Of a DNA stretch of 64,000 nucleotides, positions 1 to 11,748 are shown in pieces. The stretch's first letter is position 1. Each line of letters starts with the position of its first letter. This DNA comes from Klebsormidium nitens (taxonomy: Eukaryota; Plantae; Klebsormidiophyceae). The stretch covers positions 62,001 through 126,000 of the forward strand of contig DF237110.1 of assembly GCA_000708835.1 (NCBI GenBank). Direction: 5' to 3'. The notes under the pieces are model-generated. The model had not been told where the DNA came from. It searched no databases and was given only the letters and a program-made list of their open reading frames with translations. The position numbers were made by a program, and so were the translations under genes.

Positions 1-175
1 AGGATCTGCTCGGATTCAAAAATTCCTCGCTCTAATCAACACTTTGGAAAGTTGATTCAGTCATTCTTTCCTTCCATGTGGCTTTCCTTATGAGGGTTTT
101 TACTCCCAGTTCGACAGTAAGCTTAGCACTTGACACCGCTTCCAAAGGCCGTCACACCGAAAAGCACTCTCCCAC

Positions 176-1197
176 CTGTGTGGTGTCCAACGTAGTCCAC
201 CGCCTCTCCCAGCCGGAGCGCTTTTACCGCCTCTAGCGTTCCTTCGGACAGCGCCGCCAGGTCCGGTTCCTCCTCCGGACGGTACGAGAGGCCGTGTCCG
301 GGAAGGTCGAGGGCGATGGCTAGGTAACCCTTCTCCGCAAACCCTGGGTTAAAAGACCGGTTAGTGTTCGGTGTCGGTCCCGGTGGTCTGAGAGGATAGG
401 TTGCTCAATAACGTCTGGCTGAGTAGTTGGCTGTACAGAAGATTTAGAAGGCCAATTCAGCTTCAGCGAACTCCTAAAATTCTGATCAGGACCAGAATTG
501 CATACAAAGAGCTTTGTTGAAGGAGAAAAACAGCTATTTTTGATTGTTGAGACTGGTCGGATTGCTTGTGCCTCTCAGCCAACAGATCCTTCTAAAATAT
601 GGGAGGTAGGTCACCGACAAGCTGAACAATCAAGGGTTCCTCTTATAAAAGATGAGAAAAGCAGGTTTTCAAGAACTCCATGATGTCTTGAAGAAGGATG
701 TAAAGGGGTCAAGGCCATACCTTTTGCATTGAACAAGCGCTTCTTTTCCTAAAGACATTCCTAACAAAACTCCACTATGGGTGGGAGCCTTCAGTAGTGA
801 GCATGATTCAGGGGTACGAGCAGGATGCCCTACCATCTTTCGTTCCCTAAACTCTAGACGAGCTTGACAGCGGGTCACAGAACTCCACCCCTTTGTGAAT
901 TGCAAGTATCTCCAAGCTAGTCAGGGTCGGGCGCAGCAACCAAATATGGTCAAGTGGCAAATCTCTAGAAAGTGTTGTGTGCAATCCATATGATTCACAG
1001 ACACTAACCAAAAACTTCGATATGGCATCCACAATCTGCTCACCAGGGAGCACTGCATCAAACATGGCCCCCGACTCTGGCGACTGATGCAGCAGGATGA
1101 GCGGGGTCGCCCCATCTGTGCCTGCCCTCCTGTAATGCACCTGCCCTTTGGCGGTGTCCACGTAACCTTTTCTGATGAGAGGAGAACCGCTGGACAT
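176..1197 (-). CDS. Alpha/beta-fold hydrolase, bacterial-like (3' part continues beyond exon 2, probably out of the window)
   Basis: Exon 1 is 1197-1044 (MSSGSPLIRKGYVDTAKGQVHYRRAGTDGATPLILLHQSPESGAMFDAVLP, donor gtgag). Exon 2 is 343-176 (GFAEKGYLAIALDLPGHGLSYRPEEEPDLAALSEGTLEAVKALRLGEAVDYVGHHTG, donor gtggg). The splice phase is compatible. The LLHQSP, DLPGHG and GxxxG elbow motifs are typical of Abhydrolase_1/6. The ORF-track start at 1266 is TTG and was not used. Confidence 0.8.
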
Positions 1198-2462
1198 TGC
1201 AACGTTTCTGCTTAGACTTGCCACAGCTTTACTGTACTGGCAGACCGTCTTTTTGAAAAACCTCAATTGACCGCGCGTACAAACAGAGTGTGAGAAAAAG
1301 ACGCGTTCAAATTTTTGAGTCTGTCAAAGGGCCAGCACCGAAGATCAGTCCCCTTTTTCTTTTTCAAGCGGATTATGAGAGCATCAGAGCGGCAGCCCCT
1401 AATGAAGCTCGCAATTACGTCAAGAACCTGAGTCCATTGTTGCGCAGACCGACAAATCCACAGCTCAGCAGTCTTCTTTTTCACAAATCGAAGGCGCTGC
1501 AAGTGCTTTCTGCTGCAGCTTGCAGGCTTCAGCTTCTGGCTTGATTCGCAAAAAATGTTCGGAAGGAGAAGACCTGAGCGATCATAGTAGCAAGCGCTGC
1601 CCTCGCAGAAGAGCCGAACAGCTTTTCGCACTGCATACTGCAGGATGAGGCTCATACTGCAAGGACCAAAGTGCTCGGCTCAGAGCAGAGGGCGCAGACG
1701 CCAGCCAAAAAGCCGGCGCGAGCAGAATTGTAAGCGGGCGGAATCGTCATATCCAAACTGCCCACCAGGTCAAAACGACTTGGCTAGGTCCCAGTACGTT
1801 CTCTACAAGTTTCCACCATCGTTGGGTGTCATTTGACCGGTCCAATTGAATGCCCAAAATATCCATTTTAGCTGGGAAAGTCAGACATAGGGCCACTTCG
1901 TACTTGACACTGAGGGCTCCACCAGGTTGCGTTGACCCGAAAATGGGTGCAAATGGTAGCCAATAGGCCATACGAGACGTCCACGAATTTTGGTGGACGC
2001 GCCCGCGGTGGAGCCCATACAGTCTGCTCGGCACTGGACGCTACATAGTTTGGCTGAGCGCCTGCGCCCTCTGGCTCAGAGTCAGGGGTTCCCCGGGCTG
2101 CCGTCACCGGCATTGCCGTAGTGCATGCCGGTTCTTCAATACGTACCTACCTACCTATATGGGAAGGCTACTTTTGGTAATTGGAAGCAGGGTCACCGTC
2201 CTTTCTTGTAAAAAACCGGCATGCCGCCGTCACCAATTGGCCCCCGGGGCGGAGAACGTGATTTCGCTACGTGCTCTCGAGCAGGCCGGGGCAATTTTCT
2301 GGCAGGAAGGACTCGGAAGCAGCAACTTCAAGGGCGCATCATCGAGGGTCAGGGCCGCAAGCAAGCTAGGGCTGCAAGTGCTCAGCTGTGTCCGACATTG
2401 CTGCTTCCCTTCATGTCACCTAAGGCTGGAGTTGCAATTTGCATGAGCTCAGCTGGAAAGCG

Positions 2463-3651
2463 ATGAGCCTGATGATTCCAGCAAGTCTGCTGTTCAGGAC
2501 CAGCATCCGCGCTGCGTCTCTGATCGGAAGCCGGCCTCTGTGTTCAGCCGCTGCATTGCCAGCTGTTGCGGCCATCCAGGAAAGGACTGTGCATCTGTTG
2601 AGGCCAGGTTGCGTCAGAGATGACGTCAGCTCACGAGCGTCACTCCTGGGGGATCCCTCTCCGATTGAGTGGGGACCAAGAGCGTCTTCGTGCTCTGAAG
2701 GAAGCAGCACTTTCGTAGGGAGGCGCAGCCGCCAATTGCTGCCACTGACCTTCACAGCTTGTGAACGATTGCACTTTTTGTGCTGTGCTCGGAAAGCTGC
2801 TCTTCATTGCGGTCCTGATGTCGTTGCCCTGGGAAGTATGAGTAACTTGTTGGGGAGTAATCCTGTGCTGGGACGTCAGACAACTGCTGCTGTTCACCAT
2901 GAGGCTAGCGAAGTCTCTGAAGGACAGATCAACAAAAGGAAGGAAAGCGAGGAAGCCCAAACGGGCAACGAAGCGGTGATTGCAACTGGTAGTTCGATCG
3001 AAGGGAAAGTGTGCACTGAATGTGAGGTTTGGAAGCCCCTTCGGAATTTTGGGAGACTGTCAAGCTCTGTTGATCGGCGGCAGCTTCTATGCCGGGCGTG
3101 TGACGGCAAAGTGCGCGCGCAACAAGCGGGAAGGGAACTCCATCACTCGGCCATGCCGGTCACTGATGCGTGGGCAAGAGCCAAGAAATGCTCTGATTGC
3201 AGTCAGGTTCAGGAGATTCGAGATTTTTATCCTCGAGTATCAAGTAAAGATCGCTTATCAGGTTACTGTCGGAGTTGCCACAGCGAAAGGCGTAGAAGAT
3301 TGCCCCCTTGCTCTGCTCCTGACGAGGCTGCGACGTGCACTCAGTGTTGGCAGGAAAAGCCTGCCGCTGAATTTGTTCATAGCAGATCGAAAAGGAACGG
3401 GCTGATGTCGATTTGTAGAGCCTGTAATCGAGAGAAGGCAAAGAACTATAATTTGAACCTCAGGAAGTTTCAAGTGTACTTAAAAGAGGCGCGACAAGGT
3501 GTGCACTCGGTGCGGGGTCAACAAACCTGTAGAGTCGTTTAACAGAAACCGTAATACACGTGACGGTCTTCAGAGAGCTTGTAAGGCTTGCAAGAGCATC
3601 TACCGCAAAGAGTCAAAGCAGCGGCGGGGATTCGCAAGGCCGCCCTCTTAA
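2463..3651 (+). CDS. Intronless protein with four CxxC-x-K-x-F-x-(D)G-x-CxxC zinc-ribbon repeats; fourth repeat lies after a +1 frameshift at about 3482-3485
   Basis: First in-frame ATG is at 2463. Repeats in the main frame: KVCTECEVWKPLRNF..CRAC, KKCSDCSQVQEIRDF..CRSC and ATCTQCWQEKPAAEF..NGLMSICRAC. In the +1 frame from 3493: DKVCTRCGVNKPVESFNRNRNTRDGLQRACKAC...PPS*, with the stop at 3649-3651. Confidence 0.65.
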
Positions 3652-4347
3652 ACGACAAATATTTTAAGGTGAGGGGCTGTACTCCATGGTTCTACTGCCA
3701 AGTTGCTTCGTAGTTTTGGAATGAAAGTAGGATTTTGTAAGGTGTCGAAGGAACGGTGTTTCAAACCATTAGGAGACCTCGTTACATCACTAAAGTACAG
3801 CTTGTGGGTGGTACTGTGAGATCATCACTGAGCTGAGGCCTAATGTCAGTAAACCAACAAAGCAGACTTGGGAGGCCGACTTTGATCTGCTTCGGCGTAT
3901 TCAAGCCCAAGATGCTGATAGGAAAGTTGGGTCACGGCCACACTTGTCATGCAGATGTTGCAATGAGTCAACTGAACATTTTGGAAAAGTTTGCTCGATT
4001 TATCGCGTAGATTTGAATCCTGTACGTTTCCACCACAGTCGATTGAAGAAAGTACTTCTCGTCTCCTCCTATCTCTTCACTCTGACAATCTAATTTCAAA
4101 TCTTGCTCCCCCACTGTTCGACCCATCTCAAAAAGCTCCAAAACTGTTCGAGCCTTGGCTTCAGTCAGCAACCCTTCTTGTGAAAAGGAACCCGCAAGAA
4201 TCCTGAACCATTCGACTTTCGCGGAGTCCTTCCATCTGTCTCCTTCTCAACATCGACCAAGTTAGCAGGACTTCAGGGACGTCGATACCCGCACCAGAAG
4301 ACTGTTGCGTCTTTCCTTTTCTCAGGTGGTGCCTGCTGACGTCATGC

Positions 4348-4899
4348 TCACTTGACGCTGTCAACCCAGATGGCGCGATGAATCCTTGTGTTGACCCTGC
4401 TGATTCTCAACGGACGCTGCTCCAGCCTCCCGGCAGGTGCGCGCGATATGTACGACAGGGAAGTTCGGAGGGCTCTGCGAATCTGTTCCACATGCAAGGT
4501 CGGTTGCCTGGGTCTCCTTTCCCCCATTTCGACCTTGACCGTTAGGACCATTCTACCCCTCTGAACTCTCTGTTTCTGCCTTTCTTCTCTTTGCCCTCTT
4601 TCCACGTTCTTAGGTAGGCACGAGCATCTGCCCCCCTGGACTTCCGATCTGGTCTTGTTCGTTGAAACAGATTCACTTTGTGTTTGGATCCAGCAATAAT
4701 GTAGACAGGCTGGCTGCCGCCTCAAGAGGGGTTCGTCAGCGGCACTTGCGCTCTTGGCCTCGTGGTTCATCGCCGCTTCGATTGCTAGATCCGGGCTGGC
4801 ATCCCCAGTGCAAATGGGTTGTGAATCTGCACACCTAATCATGTTTGAAAGATAGGAAGTATTCTCATGACCAGACGAGTCCTTAGCCGACATCCGCAC
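4348..4899 (-). other. Unassigned open reading frame or possibly decayed coding sequence
   Basis: 183-codon open frame next to short frames at 3968-4364. No recognisable motif and no convincing splice model. Confidence 0.15.
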
Positions 4900-6519
4900 T
4901 GGGTGTGCGTTCCCTTGTCTTTCACGAATGATTGATCATGCACATACACAAGAACGCCTTTTCTTGACGGTACTGAAAGAAAGGGGTCAAGCACAGCCTT
5001 CCCGCCCTGCCTTCCGGACGTGTGCAGATAGCTTCGATCAGTTGGTCTGGATCTGGAATGATCCTTTCTTTGCTCGATTTACGAAACATTTTGAGAACAC
5101 CTCATAGGGAGGGGCGTTGGCAGCTTTCCAACCAAATGTCGGTGATGCAAAGGTTTCCCGCAAAAACGGGTTTGAAGACTGACGTTGATGCGACTGTTCA
5201 ACGCCACTCCACTTAGTCGTTTCGGTCGCATCTCTGGTCATTCGGGAGTGCACTTTATTTAAGAGGAGCAGCTATTGCGATTTTGTCCTCCAACAATTGG
5301 AGATTTAGATTTTACACTTACTCTTGCGTTCGCCCCTATCAGCCACCTCCAAATATAAGTCGGCGTTTCATGTGATCGAATTCTTTTCCGTCCTGAACGG
5401 AGACTAAGTAAGACAGGGGTCAATATGTCTGAACCCCCATGTTCTGCAGGGCCAGTATGATCGAGTCCTGGTGCAGAAATGCCGGTCGCTTGCAAACTAT
5501 CAATAGACAGATTGTGGGCGGAAGTTTCCGGACTTTCGCTTATTACTGGCATATTCGTCGGGACTCGGCGCCTGGAAGGCTGGACGGTGCTGCAAAGCGA
5601 AGGATGGAAATGGTCAAACCGTCGAAGTGGAAGGCATCTTGAAAACGAGATTTGAGAGGGAAGCCGAGAGCATATGTATATTTATTTGTAATCCACGAAA
5701 GAATCACGGTTTTGTGCGCAGATTATTAGCAAATCGCTTGTTAGTTTGGCTCCAAATTGGTACAGTAACATGGTCACGAAATAGTTCATATTCCTGCCTT
5801 GCAGTCCATGTGTCCGACCGTCTTTACTCCAGAAGTTGTGTAGTCGGGGATACTGTAGGTGTTGTCATTTTTCGGTATTAGTAGACGCTTGCAAAGTTGT
5901 AGGATATTGTCAATTTAACTGGAAAGAACACTCCTCTTTTCATAACTAGATGTCGTCGGACGGTATGCCAGGAGACAATCATTCTGCTTTGAATTGTAAA
6001 CGGTGGATTGCAAACCCTAGAATTGCACCATTCCCGATTGATTGTGTTCGATCAGATTGTTCTGTATACCACCATCTCAAATGTATATACAGCAGGTTGT
6101 TAGATGCTAATTATTGAGATGATTTATTTGAATCTGTCACGCGTGAAGTGGACATGTTTATTTTCATTCACATATTTAGTTTCAGGAGAAGATGTATGCC
6201 ACACATATGATATATGTGTTACAATAACGTGTTATATATGGAAACATTTTACATTTTCCATATGTACATATTTTATTGCATGAGCAATTCTGGTTAGGTG
6301 AAGTAGTGGAAGGTGAACGGGAAAAAGTATGTTTTGAGGATGTTCACACCATTTAGCAGAGTGTTTATGTGCACAGACGCTGTTTATTCTACCCTACGCG
6401 TGCCAAAACAACCAACTTTTCTAGCTGGTCAGCGTGCCAAGTATACAAGATCAAACCTTCACCGTGTATTGCAACACTTTGTAATGGAAGTGTTATTCCT
6501 ATCTAAATGTGTATATTGT

Positions 6520-8644
6520 CTACCAGATGTGGGGGAGGAGAGGACCCTGCTTGACGACCTCGGTCAGAATGATGCCGGCAAAGCCAAGCATGGCCAACCT
6601 GCAACAAGAAATATGTATTGATTTCGTTACATATATCACATCCACCTCAAAACACAACCCGGTCGGAGCTCGCTAGCGGATTTCAGATGTCTAGCTTGCA
6701 AGTAAGACATCAAGGATAATCAAAATTTGTTCCTTGTCTGGACACTCGGAGGGTTTACAAGGTACATGAGGCGGAGACGAACGTGCAAGCTTAAGAGGAT
6801 GTAGTGCTTGCTGTGGTGCAAAAGAAATGTATCTAAAAATGTAAGGAAATGCTTGCAATAGGTAACTTTACCTTCCATTCCACCTCTCAGCCTTGGCGGT
6901 GAAAGGGCCAGCTCTGCGGGAATCAGGAGACTCCCTGCAAAGAATACAATTCCGTTTAGAGCAAATCACAACTTAAGGAAACTTAAGCAAACGACCAATC
7001 AGGATCCTTTCCCATTCAAGCTGAAACGATCAACGTACACTTTGCTCATGTTCAGCATGCTTTCAACCAATGCTAGAGTCTGTATCGATAGAATGGCCAG
7101 CAGTCTCAAGCCAATCGGTTTAGACAATGAAAAACGCGTCGATGTCAATTGCGTTGATTTCGATCGTTGCAAGAAACCCACCTTCGGGAGAAAGGCACCA
7201 GGGAGGCGGTGAAGATGAGCTGGGTGATGGCAAAGAACCAGCCAACACGCTCAACAGCCCCAGGGCCCAACACCTGATCCCAGATGGTCATGCCCGTGGA
7301 CAGCTCCACACCAAGAGCGATGAACACACCAAGCATAGCCAATCTGCAAAATGACGAACATGTCTGTTGATGGAGCATTCAACCTACATGCTGATGGTTT
7401 ACTTCCTGCTGTATAGATAATGTGTCCCACTGTACAGATAAAGCGTGCCAGTGTTCTGATGTTACATTCATAATAAACACCAGCAATGCAGGACTGGGGC
7501 AGTGGATTTCAAGGGATGCATTAAACTAAGTATTTTCGAACGAGCTTTTGCAGTCCTTTCCAACACAGAGTCACTCCACAATTGGAACCAGTGATGCAGC
7601 GCACCTGAAAGTAATATCTAGATGTTGAGAAAGAAAGATCAATGTAAATGTTGAGAAAGAAAGATCAATGTGTTTTTACCTTCCATTGATGGTCTCAGGG
7701 CCCACACCGTCGAAGGCCATGACAGATCCGAAGCTGTTGTCACCAGTCTCGGGTCTCCTCTCGACCTGTAGGCAAGTGGATGGATTCTGCTCAAGATTGT
7801 CCTTGCTCTACAAGACTGGGCGCTGACATTAACACCTACAGTCACCCAGATCTCACACGTTGCAATTCCTCAAGACAAGGAGTGCCATGATGCATCTGTC
7901 TAAAATTGGCAATCTTTATTATGTAAAGTAGCAACAATTGATATCCTAAAGAAGCAACCCGAGTCACATGCATCAGGCAGTACACTAATGCAGTCAGGCT
8001 CTCAACATGCATAGCCCCCGCATTGAATAGCCCCAGCGTTTTCCAAACAACTCAATCTTAATAACAGCGCTATCAGATCTCTTGCGCTATCAGATCTCTT
8101 GCAACCCTTCGCATACCCCACCACCTTTTCATCAGCCAATAAACCATTCCTAAATCCATTAAATGCAACTCCACTATCACCCAGTGTCAGGGAACTTGCA
8201 CAGTCCAGCTCAGCTGCGATGCATGATCAATCCGCGCAGCATCAATGTAACCAGAAGGCGGACCACCACCATTGCTGGATCTACACCACTGAGTTTTTCG
8301 TCACCCACCTCAGGCCTGGGCAGCTGATCGTTTCCAGGGGCAGGCTTGCTTCCAATGACACTCCGCTTCTCATCCCCAGCGTCGCGCTCCTGGCTGCGCT
8401 CAACACCCTCCTTGCTGATGTCAACCTTGGTGCTGTCCACGAAGCTCTCAACCTTGCTCCTGGTCTGATCCACATTCTTCTCGGCATCCTTCAGGGGGCT
8501 GGCCATGCAGCGGAAAGCACCCCCCCGGATAGGGAGAGCAGGGAGCGCGACAGGGCGGGTGAGCTGACGGGAGGAGGCGGTGAGCTGGGCGCTACCGAGG
8601 CCGGCAGCGGCCGCAGTGCGGGACATCATAGCAACGGAAGCCAT
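6520..8644 (-). CDS. ELIP: Early light-induced protein (ELIP, three-helix LHC-like), copy 1, 5 exons
   Basis: Exons 8644-8309, 7765-7680, 7343-7182, 6934-6872 and 6598-6520, all GT-AG and phase-compatible. Ala/Ser/Arg-rich plastid transit peptide. LHC motifs PETINGRLAMLG and AERWNGRLAMLGFAGIILTEVV. Confidence 0.92.
7622..7671. repeat. Short intronic tandem duplication (ATGTTGAGAAAGAAAGATCAATGT x2)
   Basis: Two directly adjacent near-identical copies of about 27 bp in an ELIP copy 1 intron. Confidence 0.8.
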
Positions 8645-9095
8645 TGTGTGTTGAGCTGGATTGAGTTTTCTAGAGAATCGTCAGTGATCTGAAACTTGAG
8701 AGGTTTGTAGTTGCAGCTTTGAAATGGCAATTGTCCTGATTGTGGCGATTGACCGAAGAAAAGCTGTGCTTTGTAAGGGGCGAGCTGCGACAAGGACGGC
8801 AATGTGGAGGCTGTCTCCTTTACCAAGCTAGCTGCTTGCTATAACACTCAGGCTGGCAGATCGCATGGTGCTCAAACGAAGCACATTCCGAAGGAAACCC
8901 TGCTTCTTAAGTGCGGAAGATACTCTGAGCGGTCTTACACCTGTTTTTAGAAAGCAGTCCCTGGCTTACCTGTACCATGCTTTTGATTGCATGATGGCCC
9001 TGCCAAGCAGGCCATGCAGAACTCAGAGTCACCTTCCAACTTCGGCCGGCCTTTCCACATCATCATGTCGTGCACAAAGTTGAGCTCCGGAATCT

Positions 9096-9250
9096 GCCAC
9101 GTTGGAAAAAGCGTCGACAAAGCGTCGACGTCGTGAGCTTTAAGAATTGCCAAATCAGCAGCACAATAGCGGCTTCTGACAGCATTTGCGTAGCCGGATC
9201 CGGGCAGACGCCATGGACGCATGCGAGCCGTTGGATCTCTCTCACGTGGC
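9096..9250. promoter_or_regulatory. Oppositely oriented ACGTGGC (ABRE/G-box, containing SORLIP1 GCCAC) elements in the shared ELIP promoter
   Basis: GCCACGT at 9096-9102 (ACGTGGC on the - strand) and CACGTGGC at 9243-9250 on the + strand, centred in the 1.1-kb spacer between the two ELIP start codons. Confidence 0.45.
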
Positions 9251-9762
9251 ACCCGCGCCAAAAAGTGCAATGTACTTTTCCAATGTGCCGAGTGCACTTT
9301 TTGCAAATGATGGATCCAAGCTTGTGCCGCTGCTTGTATTGCGCTTTTGATGCGAAGTGGGAGCTATGCATGCGCCTTCCATCTGGCAGGCGCAAAGTCT
9401 GTCTGGCAAGCTCTCATTTGGTTCAGCAAACAGGAGGGGCGCTGGTGGAGATCTGAAAGCATGGCAGCTGTCAATTTTCAACATATCTGCATGCGGAGAA
9501 GCCCCATGGGCGATCAATCGGTGACACCTGTACGCCCCTTCCCCTTCTGCCCATGCCCGCATTGAGCGATGTCCCTCCCGGCAATGTAAGAAATTTTGTC
9601 GTCCCTGTTGTTGCAGCGTCTTCTGAAGCCCGCATTCCTGCTTTCATATCAACAAGCAGAACTAAATTTCAACAAACCATCCAGGTTGCCTCACTTTGAG
9701 AGACCAACTTGCGAAGCATCAATTACCAACTTGCCAACCAAGTCACTGTATCGGCTCAAAAC

Positions 9763-11748
9763 ATGGCTTCCGTTGCAGCTTTGCACACTGCTGCCCTCCC
9801 AGCGGTGGCCCCTGCTCTTTCTCTGAGTAGCTCCGTTAGCCACTCCACATTCGCTGCCCCAGTGCTCCCCCTCCGCAACTTCCGGAAGGCTTCCTTCGCA
9901 TGCAGGGCGGCCGACAACCCGGCCAAGGAGGTCCAGAAGGCGGCTCAGAATGTCACGAGCACTGTGGAGAAGGCGGTTGAGGGGACCAAGAGGGATGTGA
10001 GCAGGGAAGAGGTGGAGAAGCGTCAGGAGAGCGGGGGCTCTGATGAGAAGCGGAGCGTTGTTGGGAGCAAGCCCGCACCTGGAAACGACCAGCTGCCGAG
10101 GCCTGAGGTAAGGATTTGCACTTACTTCAATGCAGTTTCCATGGAAGTTAGCCTAGGACTGCATTTGAGCTAAGTCCAGCTCGTTCTCAGCGAGGCTGTT
10201 CCATATTAAGCTTGCAAGCATGGACAAGCAACAGAAGCAGGTTCAATTGGAGCGACAAGCTTTTCGGTGAAGTGGGCAGCTAATACAAGCAGCGCGCAAA
10301 GCTTAGTGGACTCTCCCTGAAGTAGAAAAGTGAAGAAGGTGATGGCTAGAGGATATTTGTTAGAACCAATGTGGCCATGATTGCATGGAGATATCGAAAC
10401 TTAGAAGTCACACGCAATACCAAGATTTTAGAATCTGTTTAGAAAGGTCAGTGAATCTACTCAGGCCAGTAGAAATACTTTGGCTTTGGGGCATACATTG
10501 AACCTACAATCAAGGTCGTTCTTGAGTCGTTAAGCCGCATTCCATATTGCATGTGCAACCAAATGCTTCTGTTGCAGAGAGTGGTTGCTTCGAATTCGAC
10601 AGCCTCTCACCATGGCTCTTGGTCCACTCTCTAGCCCCATTTTTGGGGTTTTACCTTACCCAGCTCAATCCCAACCTCCTTTCTGTACGCAGATTGAGAG
10701 GCGGCCAGAGACTGGCGACCGCAGCTTCGGCAGCCTCTTCGCCTTTGACGGTGCTGCGCCCGAGACCCTGAACAACCGGTTGGCTATGACCGGTATTGTC
10801 GCTGCGCTCTCAGTGGAGGCCTTCACCGGACTGAGTGTGCGGGACCAGGTTCTGGGACCTGGGGGCTTCTACCGGGTGGGCTGGTTCTTGGCAGCAGTGG
10901 CCCTGGTCACCACGGCGTCGCTCTTCCCTCTGTCCAAGGGGTAAGGACGACTGTGATGCTTTTGTTTTATGTTGGTAAAAACGGTCCAATGCAGTTCGAA
11001 GTCGGAAACCGCACTTCATATACTTCAAGAAAGCAAGTGTTGTTGTCAGAAATTTCTCTCATTGTTGGTGGGATTCTTTGAAACCTTGCTACACAGAGTT
11101 AAGGCAATAGAAGCCTGCCATCCTCTTTTGCAAAAAGCCAGACAACTGGCCAGCATTTGCCCTAGTGTTTCAAAAATGCATGCAGCAAATTTCAAAAATA
11201 AACGCAGACAACTTGAGTATCCCCTCAGAGGACACGAATCCAGCCTTTGATAAAGTAGAAGAATAGTGTCTGCTCTATGTTACCAGAAACTGTGATTTGA
11301 CTCTGACTTTACTCTGTCCCTGCAGTGAGTCGCCTGACTCTCGCAAGAGCGGACCTTTCGAGGGCAAGAGCGAGAGGTGGAATGGCCGCCTCGCACAATG
11401 TAAGGACCTTCTACTTCCAACACATATGTTACGGATGTCTGTCTTGCTTGCTTGAGAAAATATCGGGTTAACTAATGGGAATACTCCCTGCTGAGCAACG
11501 CAGGAAAGCAACGTGACAAATGTTTTGAAGCAAAAGATTGGTTCGTTTTGGGAAGTCGACTCGCTTAGTACGGAGGTTGTTAAGCGTACAATATTATAGA
11601 GAAAGGACTTATCAAGAACTGGGTGACTGGTTTCCTGATCATCAATTCATTCGCCTAATTGTGGATCCGTTATTTTGCAGTGGGCTTCGTCGCCCTTATC
11701 ATCACTGAAATTGTGAAGGGCAGTGCTCTTCTGCCAAAGCTCTTCTAA
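9763..11748 (+). CDS. ELIP: Early light-induced protein (ELIP), copy 2, 4 exons
   Basis: Exons 9763-10107, 10693-10940, 11326-11399 and 11681-11748, all GT-AG. Transit peptide present. Shares EKRSV(V/I)GSKPAPGNDQLPRPE with copy 1. Motifs PETLNNRLAMTG and SERWNGRLAQLGFVALIITEIV. Confidence 0.92.

Noticed and set aside
669-905. ORF in hydrolase intron 1 containing LLGMSLG, a GxSxG-like elbow that might be an alternative exon
   Set aside because: No supporting flanking hydrolase motifs and no convincing acceptor/donor pair; exons 1 and 2 already join in phase. Likely chance.
1600-2150. Short overlapping ORFs on both strands between the hydrolase and zinc-ribbon genes
   Set aside because: No recognisable motif or splice model; treated as promoter or intergenic sequence.
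8099-8692. 197-aa + strand ORF
   Set aside because: Antisense shadow of the GC-rich ELIP copy 1 exon 1.
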